From positions 1 to 40,425 of the forward strand of contig DATGCY010000724.1 in NCBI GenBank assembly GCA_035311385.1: a stretch of 40,425 nt of DNA, in the 5' to 3' direction. The translations under genes and the position numbers were made by a program. The stretch's first letter is position 1. Every line of letters begins with the position of its first letter. Below are positions 22,148-31,111 of the stretch, one piece after another. The stretch is from Candidatus Methylomirabilota bacterium. Its GTDB lineage: Bacteria; Methylomirabilota; Methylomirabilia; Rokubacteriales; CSP1-6. Under the pieces are notes generated by a model, which worked only from the letters and a program-made list of their open reading frames with translations, made no database searches and had not been told where the DNA came from.

Positions 22148-22491
22148 CGAGTCTCCTCCTCGTAGTTCGTGTCCTTGCCGTATCTCTTCTGGAGCAGGAA
22201 TTCCTTCATCATCCGCGTCTGCTCTTCGAGGGCGGCGGTGTGCTTCTTCATCTCTTCCAGTTGGCTTTGCTGCACGCCGTTGAAGATCTCGATGGCGCGG
22301 GCGTTCGCCTCCATGCGGCTGACAATGGAGCCCATGTCGCTGGTGAAGCGCCCGAGGATGAACCAGAGGAGGACGCCCGCGACGACGACGGGAAAGCCGA
22401 CTTGGACGACGACGCGGGAGGCGATATCGACCCACCCCGTGCCAGGCACGACGATGGTGGGCGGTTGCTGCGGCGGGGGCGACCCCGTCAT
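22144..22491 (-). CDS. TM plus coiled-coil protein (115 aa; holin- or i-spanin-like)
   Basis: One TM (VVVQVGFPVVVAGVLLWFILG) followed by a helical, charged C-terminus. ATGA overlaps on both sides. Confidence 0.55.
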   Translation of the reverse strand: MTGSPPPQQPPTIVVPGTGWVDIASRVVVQVGFPVVVAGVLLWFILGRFTSDMGSIVSRMEANARAIEIFNGVQQSQLEEMKKHTAALEEQTRMMKEFLLQKRYGKDTNYEEETR

Positions 22492-24932
22492 CCGCGCATC
22501 TCAAGGCGTGTGTACCGCCGCAGGATGTCGCTCCCGTACTGAGCCGTCTTCGGTCCGTACAGGCGGGGATCGGGACCACCGAAATAGCGTTCCGCCGTGC
22601 CGCGCACGCTGCCGCTCGTGGCGTTGAGATCGTCCCGCAGATGCAGGGCACCGGCGACCAAGTTGTCCAGCGGATCGTCAATGTTGGCAGGGCGCCCTGT
22701 GATGGCTTCCACACGACTCGCGTACTCGCGGAAGGTGTCGGGCATGAGCTGCATGAGTCCGCGTGCGCCCTTGTAGCTCACGGCTCGCGGATCACCGGCT
22801 GACTCCTGGTCTTGGACCGCACGCATCAGGTTTTCCGGGACGCCGACGACTCTGGCGACGCTCTTGCGTGCCGCGTCATAGTCGGTCGCATTGAACGCCG
22901 TGGGAGCGGGACCGGATGAGGTGTTCGGTTGCGCGGTTCTCCAGTCCGGTCCGTAGGTGCGCTCCATCTCGTCGTCCATTTGCCGCTGCGTGATGTGGCC
23001 CGCCGCGACGCGTCCCTGTAGGTCTTTGCGCGTGGCCTCCTGGCCACCAGGGACGATTCGCTCAGCTGGTGGGGCGGCCGACGGCGGAGCCGGTGCGGCA
23101 TTCGATGGAGCGGGTGGGGCTTCAGAACTGGTGCCCGATTGCTCCATCTCGGAGGGCTGCGTCAGGAATTTGTCGTAGGCTTTGATCGCCTCCTGCCCGC
23201 CAGGACTCCCCACGACGGCGGCACCCGTGCGGGCGAGCGGAACGGCTGCGCTGGCAGCGATCTGCGGATTCGCGAGCGCGGCACCTATACCCAGATCCTT
23301 CAGTCCACCCCACCAGTCCCCGTGATAGAACTTCTGGGCCGCTCGCCCGACCCCGAAGGCGTAGGCGCCCCCCTGTGCAACCTGCTTGAACCTGCTCCCT
23401 GCTGGCGGTGCGGGCGTCTGCGGCACCTCCGGGAGTGACCGCAACGCCGGTTCCGCCAAGGAGACCGGCGCCACCTCGCGGCCCCCTGCCTTGGTCAGAT
23501 TGGTGAACGCCTCCGTGGCGACGCCATTCGGATCGATGATGGCACGAACCTCCGGGCGCACCGTCTCCCAGAGCTTCGCCATCTTGAGCGGATCGCCCTT
23601 TGCCCGCTGCGCCAGATCGGTGAAGAAGCCGCCGACGACATTCGACCACTTTTCGGGCTGCCCGCCGGTGACGAGCACCTTCCGGACAAACTCGAGTCGG
23701 TGCGGATCCTTTCCGCTCCCGACCACTTTCTGGAACGCTTGGACAGGCGACTCCGCGTTGTCGATCGTCGCCGCGAGGTCCTTTGCGGGTCGGATGGCGA
23801 GGCGCCATTGCTGGTTGGCGCTCTCAAGTGCCTTCGCCGCAGGTGTGCCCTCAAGGAGTCCCTTCTTCGCGTCTGCGATCGCTTTCCGAACAGACGAAGG
23901 TCCGTTGATGCGCTGGAGCGCCTTCTCCGCCTTGTCCAGATCCTCCCACTCCACGGGGGCGCCGCTCTTGAGTTGCTCCTGGATGGCTTTCACCTGCTTG
24001 CTTTCAGCCGTCCGCGCGAGATCGCCCCATTCGTCTTCAGCCGTCTCCAGACTCTTCGCGAGCGTCTGCCCCACCGCGTTCTGGTTCGTCGCCGCGAGGC
24101 CTTTCGCCTTGGCGTAGGCGGCGATCTTGTCGTAGGTGCCCTCTTGGAACGCGCTCCGGCGTGCCGCCTCTGCGGGGGGATATGCCTCGCGGATCGTGGT
24201 GCCCGCCTCTCGGGGCGTCGCCGTCTGGAGCTTCTCGATGTCCTCTGCGGCTTTCCTCGTCGCGGCAGCGTCGGAGATCCCCGCGGCACCTTCGGCGGCG
24301 GCGGTTCCGTGGACAGCTTCCCGCGCCGCAGCCGCTTCCCCGACGCCGGCCGCCACGTTCTCGACGGCTTGCCCGGTGCGTGCCGCCTCCGCAGCCTTCG
24401 TGGCAGCCTGCGCCGCCTCCGCGGCTTTCCCCGGGGCTTGGATCGCCTTCTTCACGGCACCGACGGTCTGCACGCCACCGGTCAGGAGTTCCGTGCCGAC
24501 ACCTAGGGCATCGGAGAGCCACTGCGGGGCGCCGAGCGCCCGCGAGGCGACACTCATCCCCGATCCGGCAAGCATCAACTCCGGAGCGACCACGGGCGAG
24601 GTGACGAGCGCGAGGTCACCCAGCCGCGACAGCATCGTCCGATCTTTCGGGTCGGGCGTGCCTTCCGGGGCGCTGATCCAGTTCGGGAACATCTCGGAGC
24701 CGATCCGGCGCCCGGCTTCGATGTAACTCCGCCCGATGTGTTCGACCTGCTGCTGGGCACGACCGAGGGCCGTCGGCGCGTTCTCCGGCTCAGTCGAGGG
24801 TGCCGGTGCCGCTGCAGGCTCGCCGCCGCCGCTCAGGCTCTTCGCGATCTCGTCGATGTCGGCCGGCGTGGCACCGTCGCCCACCTCAACGCGCTTGGTC
24901 TGGCCGTTGATCGTGAGCTCGACGGTGGGCAT
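22488..24932 (-). CDS. Large virion/ejection protein with C-terminal lytic transglycosylase domain (814 aa)
   Basis: AVQDQESAGDPRAVSYKGARGLMQLMPDTF is the SLT signature. The N-terminal part is long and Ala/Lys/Glu helical. Confidence 0.8.
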   Translation of the reverse strand: MPTVELTINGQTKRVEVGDGATPADIDEIAKSLSGGGEPAAAPAPSTEPENAPTALGRAQQQVEHIGRSYIEAGRRIGSEMFPNWISAPEGTPDPKDRTMLSRLGDLALVTSPVVAPELMLAGSGMSVASRALGAPQWLSDALGVGTELLTGGVQTVGAVKKAIQAPGKAAEAAQAATKAAEAARTGQAVENVAAGVGEAAAAREAVHGTAAAEGAAGISDAAATRKAAEDIEKLQTATPREAGTTIREAYPPAEAARRSAFQEGTYDKIAAYAKAKGLAATNQNAVGQTLAKSLETAEDEWGDLARTAESKQVKAIQEQLKSGAPVEWEDLDKAEKALQRINGPSSVRKAIADAKKGLLEGTPAAKALESANQQWRLAIRPAKDLAATIDNAESPVQAFQKVVGSGKDPHRLEFVRKVLVTGGQPEKWSNVVGGFFTDLAQRAKGDPLKMAKLWETVRPEVRAIIDPNGVATEAFTNLTKAGGREVAPVSLAEPALRSLPEVPQTPAPPAGSRFKQVAQGGAYAFGVGRAAQKFYHGDWWGGLKDLGIGAALANPQIAASAAVPLARTGAAVVGSPGGQEAIKAYDKFLTQPSEMEQSGTSSEAPPAPSNAAPAPPSAAPPAERIVPGGQEATRKDLQGRVAAGHITQRQMDDEMERTYGPDWRTAQPNTSSGPAPTAFNATDYDAARKSVARVVGVPENLMRAVQDQESAGDPRAVSYKGARGLMQLMPDTFREYASRVEAITGRPANIDDPLDNLVAGALHLRDDLNATSGSVRGTAERYFGGPDPRLYGPKTAQYGSDILRRYTRLEMRG

Positions 24933-24935
24933 GGA

Positions 24936-26417
24936 TCACGGCAGGACGCGGTACTGGATCCCGCCGCTCGTGGTGCCGCTCTTGGGCAAGCCTCCGCCTC
25001 CGCCGGGGACGCTCGAGGACGTCACCGTGCCCGCGGGCGTGTTGGCCGGCGTCTTCGTCTGGCTCTCGCTGGATTCGTCCGGGACCGCTTGCCCACCCAG
25101 ACCGGTGACCACTTGGTTGTAGACCTTGATGAACGTCCGCTTGAAGGCCGCCGCTTCCTCGCGGTTCATCTTGCCGGCGGCGAGGCGCTTCCAATCCTTC
25201 CCGATGAGTTCGATCTCCGGAATGTTGATCCGGAGCCCCTTCGACCCAGCCGCCAGCGACTTGATCGCCGGGACGATCTTCGTGAGCCCGTTCTTGATGT
25301 AGGCCACGTCATCTTGAGTCTGTTGATCGCCCACCGCGCCGCGTAGCGACATCACCCATGGGTTGGCTGCCTGCGCCACTCCAGCGGTCTGCCGACTCGT
25401 CTCCTTGGATGGGAGCACGTTGTTGATCGCCCGGTTGTAGTCGGGTGCTTGGAGCCACTTGATGATGCCGGCGCCGCTGTTCTGCACCTCGTTCAACTGG
25501 AGGGCATTGGCCTTCGCAGCTTCGGCTCTCGCGGCGTCCGCGGCCTTCCGTGCGTTCAACTGCTCCGTCGTGAGATCAGCGCCTGAGTCCGTGGTGCCGC
25601 CGCCCCCACCGCCCGCCGTGCCGCCAGCTCCACCGGCGCCTGATGGCTTGACACCCATCTCGTTGCCCAGCGGACTCCCCGGCGCCGGGGGCTTCATGGC
25701 GACATTGGGTTGCGCGCCACGTGCTGGGGGCGCTGCCGCGCCGCCATCGCCACCGACCTTGGTCCACCGCCCGAAATTGGGATGATCAGGATCCGCGATC
25801 CATTTCTCCCCGACGTCCCAATGCGCCGCGCGTTCCTCCGGGGTCTTCGGCGGCGGTACCAATTCCCCGCGCTCGTAGGTCTTCAGGCGGAGATTGATCC
25901 CCAGCCCCTTGATCAGATTGTTAAACTCGTTCTGATCCACCGCCATCTTGAGGCGCAGGAGATTGATCTGCTGGCCTAGGTCACCATGCGCCGACCGCAT
26001 GTCCTGATTCGTCATGTCGAGGGCTTGCTTCGCGGCGAGGACGTTCAGACCCGAATTGTGGCGATCGATCGCAGCGTTGTACGCCCGGCGATAGTCGGCA
26101 TCGGCGGCGCCAGCCATCCCGAAGGTCAAGATGTTGGCGAGAATCCCCGGCTTCGTGTCTTCCGGCAGATAATCCCGGTGCCCCGCGGCGTTCGCGGCTT
26201 GCGTGAGCTGGAAGTACTGGTTGAACCGCTGCTTGATCTCAGACGGCGACAGCCCGGCATCCTGCGTGACGGCACCCAGCGGCTGCTGCGACGGATCAGG
26301 AGCGGATTGGTCGACCGTGGGCGGCTGGGGCGTTCCCTGCGACGGCTGCACCGCAGGTGGCCCCGTCGTGCCATCGCGAAACTGATACCCTCCTGCCCAC
26401 GGACCGGGCCCGTTCAT
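24936..26417 (-). CDS. Putative internal virion/ejection protein (493 aa)
   Basis: ORF-track ORF in the ejection-protein block. Gly/Pro-rich linkers. No family recognised. Confidence 0.55.
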   Translation of the reverse strand: MNGPGPWAGGYQFRDGTTGPPAVQPSQGTPQPPTVDQSAPDPSQQPLGAVTQDAGLSPSEIKQRFNQYFQLTQAANAAGHRDYLPEDTKPGILANILTFGMAGAADADYRRAYNAAIDRHNSGLNVLAAKQALDMTNQDMRSAHGDLGQQINLLRLKMAVDQNEFNNLIKGLGINLRLKTYERGELVPPPKTPEERAAHWDVGEKWIADPDHPNFGRWTKVGGDGGAAAPPARGAQPNVAMKPPAPGSPLGNEMGVKPSGAGGAGGTAGGGGGGTTDSGADLTTEQLNARKAADAARAEAAKANALQLNEVQNSGAGIIKWLQAPDYNRAINNVLPSKETSRQTAGVAQAANPWVMSLRGAVGDQQTQDDVAYIKNGLTKIVPAIKSLAAGSKGLRINIPEIELIGKDWKRLAAGKMNREEAAAFKRTFIKVYNQVVTGLGGQAVPDESSESQTKTPANTPAGTVTSSSVPGGGGGLPKSGTTSGGIQYRVLP

Positions 26418-27373
26418 CAGCCGCCGCCCGCCGTCGATCCCTGCTGCGACGCCATATTCCCTAGGGCACCAATCGAGCCACCGACCTGCTGCCAGCGCTG
26501 GCCTGTCTGCCCCATCATCTCCCCGATGTATTGGCCCTTCGTCGGGTAGGCTTGGGCCCCTAGCTGCGCTAGCCGATCCTGCTGGTATGGTTGCTGCGCG
26601 GCCACGTCATAGCCAGACATCTTCCCCATCGCCTCCCCGAATTGCCCCATCGTCTGCGGCACGGTCCCGTAGAGACCCATGGTGGCCCCGGTGTTTGCGA
26701 GCATCGAAGCGGCGCCGCCCAGCTGGTTGCCCCGGAGCCCCAGCGTCTGGTTGTAGATCTGGTTCGTGCCTTGGCCGTACTGCCCCCCGAGGCCGAGCGC
26801 CTGGTTCGCAGAATTCGCGTAGGCGTTCTGGAGGAGATCGTTCAGCTGCGTGCCGCGCTGGAATTGCGCGGAGCCCAGCGCGGTCGTCTTGTACTGGTTG
26901 AATTTGGAGAGTGCCTCGATCCCGGCGGAGGAATTTCCGTAGTCGGGTCCGAGCTGCCGCTGGAGTTGTTGGCGAAGCTGCATCTCCTGATCGTTGAATT
27001 GCTGCGTCAAGAAGGGATCGAAGTCGGCTTTCCCGGCTTGGATGTCTTGGAGCTCCCGCTGCCAGCCCGCGATGATCTGCGGATTCGGGGCGATCATCTG
27101 CCCGTATTGTCCGAGCGTCCCCGCCGCCTGCCCGCCAAACTGTGGGGTCAACTGCTGCTGCCCCCCGATATTGGTGAACACGTTGGGCAGTGCCCCCGTC
27201 GCCCCGGCGGCAATGATGTCTTGGTAGGGCTGGTTCAGCTGCGATTCGATCGAGGGGTTATACTGGAGGCTATAGTCCGCTGCCGGGGCCGCGACGGGTG
27301 GCGGGGGCGGCGGCTGCGGCGTCTTCGGTGCCTTGCCCTTCTTGCCTCCGCCTCCTGCCTTCCGCTTCGCCAT
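26417..27373 (-). CDS. Gln/Gly/Asn-rich virion protein (318 aa)
   Basis: ORF-track ORF. Basic N-terminus, then Q/G/N-rich low complexity. Confidence 0.55.
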   Translation of the reverse strand: MAKRKAGGGGKKGKAPKTPQPPPPPPVAAPAADYSLQYNPSIESQLNQPYQDIIAAGATGALPNVFTNIGGQQQLTPQFGGQAAGTLGQYGQMIAPNPQIIAGWQRELQDIQAGKADFDPFLTQQFNDQEMQLRQQLQRQLGPDYGNSSAGIEALSKFNQYKTTALGSAQFQRGTQLNDLLQNAYANSANQALGLGGQYGQGTNQIYNQTLGLRGNQLGGAASMLANTGATMGLYGTVPQTMGQFGEAMGKMSGYDVAAQQPYQQDRLAQLGAQAYPTKGQYIGEMMGQTGQRWQQVGGSIGALGNMASQQGSTAGGG

Positions 27374-28182
27374 CAGTACCCCGTGGTTGTTGGTGTGTTG
27401 GTGGTGCTCATCGGCAACGATGGCGTCGTCGTCGGGGTCAGGGTGCTCTGCGGCAGCGACACGTTCGAGGTCGTCGGAGTCGTCGGGAACAGCGAGCCAC
27501 CCGTGGCGGCAGCCTGCGTGCCGTGGAGGTAGCCCATGATCTGCGCGAGGGTGGACTGCGCCGAAGGCCCGACATTCGCCATCGGCCCCGCATCCGTCTG
27601 CGAGGTGTTGCCCATCGAGATGTCATAGGTCGGTGCCTGCGAGCCCGCCAAGTACATCTGCCGCTCGAGATCAGGGACGGCGGGCTGCGCTTTCTTCTGG
27701 CGGCGGAGCGCGTTCCGTTGCTGGCGGAGCGCCGCCTTGTCCGGACCCTTCTTCATCACCGCCAGCTGCTTGTTCATGGCATTCAGCTGCTGGTTCCGCC
27801 CGACTGCCTGCTGATAGTTCGAGAGCGCCTGCGCGTAGCTGGTCATCGGCGTCCCAGTGTCCGGCGTCCCGGCGGTGGTCCCGGCCGCGCCGCCTGCTCC
27901 GGTTGCCCCGCCCATGCCCGCGCCCGTCTGTCGGAGCGTCATCCCCGGCAGCATGCCGAGGAGGTAGGGCGTCATCTGGTTGTAGAGCGCCTGGCCTTGG
28001 AGCAGTTCCTGCCCGCCGCCAATCAGCTGATCTTGGGCGAGCTGGCGCAGGCGTAGCTCGTAGCCGGTCGCGGGCGGGAGCTTCGGGCGCTTGTACTTCT
28101 CGGAGGCGAGGATGTCCCCCACGCTCCCCATGATGCCGCCCAAGATGTTCAGGGCACCGCCGGTCGCTCCCATTCCTGCCAT
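27373..28182 (-). CDS. Gly/Thr/Gln-rich virion protein (269 aa from ATG 28182)
   Basis: GGAGGAG lies 7 nt upstream of ATG 28182. The upstream extension of ORF 27373..28281 overlaps the preceding gene. Confidence 0.55.
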   Translation of the reverse strand: MAGMGATGGALNILGGIMGSVGDILASEKYKRPKLPPATGYELRLRQLAQDQLIGGGQELLQGQALYNQMTPYLLGMLPGMTLRQTGAGMGGATGAGGAAGTTAGTPDTGTPMTSYAQALSNYQQAVGRNQQLNAMNKQLAVMKKGPDKAALRQQRNALRRQKKAQPAVPDLERQMYLAGSQAPTYDISMGNTSQTDAGPMANVGPSAQSTLAQIMGYLHGTQAAATGGSLFPTTPTTSNVSLPQSTLTPTTTPSLPMSTTNTPTTTGY

Positions 28183-28186
28183 CGGG

Positions 28187-28486
28187 CTACTCCTCCGGTT
28201 GCTGCTGCAGGGGTGGGAAGCCGGGCGGTGGCGGCGGTGACTGCCACTGCGGCGGGGGCTGGTAGGTATTCGGCGGTGCAATCTGACGCACGGCTTGCAG
28301 CAGATTGTTCAGCACCTGCGCCCGCTGCCGTGCGGCCATCTCCTCGCCTTGGAGCAAGCGGTTGAGAAAATTGTACCCGTCCCCCGAGAGCAGCACGTCC
28401 ACCAAGAGGTTCGGCTGCTCCTGCGCCACCGCCTCGAGATACCCGAGGAGGAGGTTCCGCACCTGCGTCTTCTGCTCAGGCGTCAT
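28187..28486 (-). CDS. Hypothetical protein (99 aa)
   Basis: ORF-track ORF. Helical N-terminus and Pro/Gln-rich tail. Confidence 0.55.
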   Translation of the reverse strand: MTPEQKTQVRNLLLGYLEAVAQEQPNLLVDVLLSGDGYNFLNRLLQGEEMAARQRAQVLNNLLQAVRQIAPPNTYQPPPQWQSPPPPPGFPPLQQQPEE

Positions 28487-28501
28487 GCCTTCCCTCTATG
28501 C

Positions 28502-28711
28502 CTAGTAGGTGCCGCTCGAGGTGGGACGTTTCTCCTTGGCGTGGAAGCCGGCGAGGGTCTGGGCGAGGCGGGCCCGCTGGCCCAGCTTGCCGCCCTTCCC
28601 TGCGGCCTTCGCGAGCTTCTTCTGGGGGATCTTCTGCCCCTGCGGCACGCCGAGCTGCTTATGGAGCGCTCCCGGATGCTTGATCGCGGATTTTATCCAT
28701 CGTTCGGCCAT
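28502..28711 (-). CDS. Small basic protein (69 aa, MAERWIKSAIKHPGALHKQLGV...)
   Basis: GGAAGGAGAG lies 7 nt upstream of ATG 28711. Overlaps the HNH stop by 19 nt. Confidence 0.6.
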   Translation of the reverse strand: MAERWIKSAIKHPGALHKQLGVPQGQKIPQKKLAKAAGKGGKLGQRARLAQTLAGFHAKEKRPTSSGTY

Positions 28712-29106
28712 CGCCGTCTCTCCTTCCGTCGGTTGCACGTCAAGTGTGCGAGGCGGAGGTTCTTGGCATCATCACCGCCACCTTGGCAGCGGGGAATGAC
28801 GTGATCGACGCTCAGGCGCTCTCCTGCGAGGGGCGCGTTGCATATCCAGCATGCCGTGCCATCGCGTTCCATGAGCAAGGCGACGACCATGGTCCGATAG
28901 TGGAGGATTGACTGGCCGCGATGCCGACCCGTGCGCTGACGGTATGCCCGTTGCGCGGCTCGTATCCGGTCCCGGTGGAGGGCGTAGTAGGCAGCCTGAT
29001 AGGCAGGATTCGGGCGGCCATCTTCGAGCCGTGGTGGCTCATCGATCCCGAGAGAGCCATAGGCAACTCGCGGTCGTGCGTCCGGTCCTCGTCTCCAGTT
29101 CGCCAT
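28693..29106 (-). CDS. HNH endonuclease (137 aa)
   Basis: CWICNAPLAGERLSVDHVIPRCQGGGDDAKNLRLAHLTCNRRK is the classic HNH motif. Confidence 0.85.
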   Translation of the reverse strand: MANWRRGPDARPRVAYGSLGIDEPPRLEDGRPNPAYQAAYYALHRDRIRAAQRAYRQRTGRHRGQSILHYRTMVVALLMERDGTACWICNAPLAGERLSVDHVIPRCQGGGDDAKNLRLAHLTCNRRKERRRWPNDG

Positions 29107-29107
29107 G

Positions 29108-29392
29108 TCAGTATCCTCCGGTAAGGTCCGGCTTCTTGACCGGCATCTGGAGCGCCCCGATGCCGCCGAGGCCGCCCGGGCTAGTCTTCACCGGCTTCGG
29201 CCGCGGTGCCGGGGCCGCCATCTTGGGTGGCTTCGGCATCCCCGGTTGCTTCGGTGGCTTCGGCTCCTTCACTTTGCTTGCGAAGTCCGCGAGCTTCGAT
29301 GCCGAGAGCCCGGTCTTCGTCGCGAGCCCGGCGCGCTTGCGGCCTAACTCCGCTCCAAAGAAGCGCCGTTGTCTGGGGGTGACGCTGGGCAT
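29108..29392 (-). CDS. Small basic protein, DUF3008-like (94 aa)
   Basis: MPSVTPRQRRFFGAELGRKRAG...LSASKLADFA. AAGGAGGAG RBS. About 85% GC3, far above the overlapping frame. Confidence 0.6.
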   Translation of the reverse strand: MPSVTPRQRRFFGAELGRKRAGLATKTGLSASKLADFASKVKEPKPPKQPGMPKPPKMAAPAPRPKPVKTSPGGLGGIGALQMPVKKPDLTGGY

Positions 29393-29579
29393 GGCTTGGC
29401 TCCTCCTTTCCATCGGTGGCGAGCACGTCATGGAGGACGGCGATCGCCCCGTCGAGTTGCTGGCAGGCTTGCTCCGTCATGCGGACCGCCGCTTGATACT
29501 CGACCAAGTGCCGTTGCTGCGCGCCGCGCTGCTCCTGCAGGTTCCGCAGCCGCTCCTCGAGCTGTTCGCGCTCGATCAT
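29181..29579 (-). CDS. Coiled-coil protein (132 aa ORF; only the first ~60 codons look selected)
   Basis: ATGA overlap with the fibre stop. MIEREQLEERLRNLQEQ... The 3' 212 nt overlap gene 29108..29392 out of frame, with lower GC3. Confidence 0.45.
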   Translation of the reverse strand: MIEREQLEERLRNLQEQRGAQQRHLVEYQAAVRMTEQACQQLDGAIAVLHDVLATDGKEEPSHAQRHPQTTALLWSGVRPQARRARDEDRALGIEARGLRKQSEGAEATEATGDAEATQDGGPGTAAEAGED

Positions 29580-30904
29580 GCTGCGGCTCCTTCGAGGGCA
29601 CTGACGCGTGCGGCGAGATCCTTCACCGCGTTGACGAGTGCGACGAGGATCGGGTGCATGTCGAACGTGAGCACGCCGGGCGTCGGCTCCTCGTCGGCGG
29701 GGTCAAGTTTCATGCTGGTTTCACTGACGCATTCGGGGAAGACGTCGCGCACTTTCTCGGCATCGAACCCGTAGCAGAGCGGGCCATCGGGCTGCGCTTT
29801 CAGCCGGTACGTGATCGGTTCGAGTTGCGCGATCTCCGCGAGGCCGGCGGCGTACGGGGCGATGTCCTGCTTGAGTCGCGGGTCAGAGGGGTTCGCCCAC
29901 GTCGTGCCGCTCGCCTTCTGGCCCGTGGGACCGGTGATGAAGAGGCTCCCCGCACTGTCAAAGTAGGCGAAGCTCCCGGTCACCGTCGTGGAGCCGATCG
30001 GAGTCATGTAGGCCACCCAGCGCGTCCCCCGCGCGCTCGCCGTCCAGTTTTCCGTGGCTTCCGCGCGCCAGATCGCTTGCTCGCTAAAGGTCGCACCCGA
30101 TCCCACGCCGCTGCCGGTGAACGTCGCGAGCACATCGCCACTCAGGGTTGGTGACGGGGAGGCCAACGTGCCGCGCGCTTGACGCCCCGCGACCTTGCCA
30201 CCGGCACTCGTCCCGATCCCCGTGATGGAGACGACGGGGGACCCGCCATCGATGCCGGGCACAGAGAGGTTGCCTGCGTTATCGATCGCGAGGAGCGTCG
30301 GCCACGTACTGCCGCCCGCCGCCTTCCGGAAGATGCCGAAGGTGTCGCCGGTCGCGTTGAACGACATGGCCCAGCTGGGTTTCGTCGCGTCGTCTTGCGC
30401 ATCAGCATCGGTACGGTTGTAGGACCACTCCGCGACGTTGGTGCTCCACAGCCGATGGCGCGCCTTTGCCGTCGTCGCGCCGCCGATCAGGTAGCTCGCC
30501 GTCGTGCCACCCGGCACCGCCGCGCTCTTGGTCGCATCGGTCGGCGTCAGCGTCGCGCCCGACACCGACCACGGCAGCGCGCTCCAGACGGCATCCGTGC
30601 CGTTCGATTGCAGCGCCGTATTGGCCGCTCCGAGTGCCACGCGCGTGAGCGCCGGCGTCCCGTTGGCCACCAAGATGTCCCCACGCGCGAGCGGGGTTGT
30701 CGTGCCCACGGCCGCACCCGCGAGCTTCGCGATCGTCGGATTCGGATAGGTGCCCGTCAGATCGCCGCCTGCGGGCCCGCTGGGGGGCGCGCTCCCCACG
30801 GGAACGACGGCCCAGACGACGCCATCCCACTGATAGGTCGCGCCGTTCGGGGCTGCGTACTGCTGCCCATTCGTCGGACTGTTGGGGAAATCGAGCGCGG
30901 CCAT
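29576..30904 (-). CDS. Tail fibre/spike with C-terminal intramolecular chaperone (S74-type) domain (442 aa)
   Basis: TWANPSDPRLKQDIAPY...LEPITYRLK...GFDAEKV is the autoproteolytic chaperone module. ATG 30904 shares a base with the upstream stop. Confidence 0.8.
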   Translation of the reverse strand: MAALDFPNSPTNGQQYAAPNGATYQWDGVVWAVVPVGSAPPSGPAGGDLTGTYPNPTIAKLAGAAVGTTTPLARGDILVANGTPALTRVALGAANTALQSNGTDAVWSALPWSVSGATLTPTDATKSAAVPGGTTASYLIGGATTAKARHRLWSTNVAEWSYNRTDADAQDDATKPSWAMSFNATGDTFGIFRKAAGGSTWPTLLAIDNAGNLSVPGIDGGSPVVSITGIGTSAGGKVAGRQARGTLASPSPTLSGDVLATFTGSGVGSGATFSEQAIWRAEATENWTASARGTRWVAYMTPIGSTTVTGSFAYFDSAGSLFITGPTGQKASGTTWANPSDPRLKQDIAPYAAGLAEIAQLEPITYRLKAQPDGPLCYGFDAEKVRDVFPECVSETSMKLDPADEEPTPGVLTFDMHPILVALVNAVKDLAARVSALEGAAA

Positions 30905-31104
30905 CACACCCCCCGTGCGGAGGCAGCGACCCATTGCTGGGAGGTGCCGTCATCGTAGTAGACATAAAGCTGGCCGTCGGGATCGCTCCGCCACCAGAGT
31001 TGGCCCACTTGCGGATTCGTCGGTGCCGTCGGACCGATCACCAGCGTCATCGATTGGGTCAGCATCGGGGCCAGCGCGGGATGCGCGAAGAGGGGGCGGG
31101 CCAT
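30904..31104 (-). CDS. Mini fibre-motif protein (66 aa)
   Basis: GAGGTG lies 4 nt upstream of ATG 31104. Contains GQLWWRSDPDGQLYVYYDDGTSQQWV. The N-terminus MARPLFAH resembles MPRPLFSH of gene 32631..33005. Confidence 0.6.
   Translation of the reverse strand: MARPLFAHPALAPMLTQSMTLVIGPTAPTNPQVGQLWWRSDPDGQLYVYYDDGTSQQWVAASARGV
30928..31008. repeat. ~80-bp direct repeat, copy A (about 85% identical to 31130-31207 by hand alignment)
   Basis: The shared blocks gacccattgct, cgtcatcgtagtaga, taaagct and cgctccgccaccagag were aligned by eye. Confidence 0.8.
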
Positions 31105-31111
31105 CGTCACC

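Noticed and set aside
22144-22491. Embedded o-spanin (Rz1-like) gene inside the TM coiled-coil gene
   Set aside because: Every ATG found on that strand in this interval is in the main frame, and no lipobox-bearing alternative ORF is seen.
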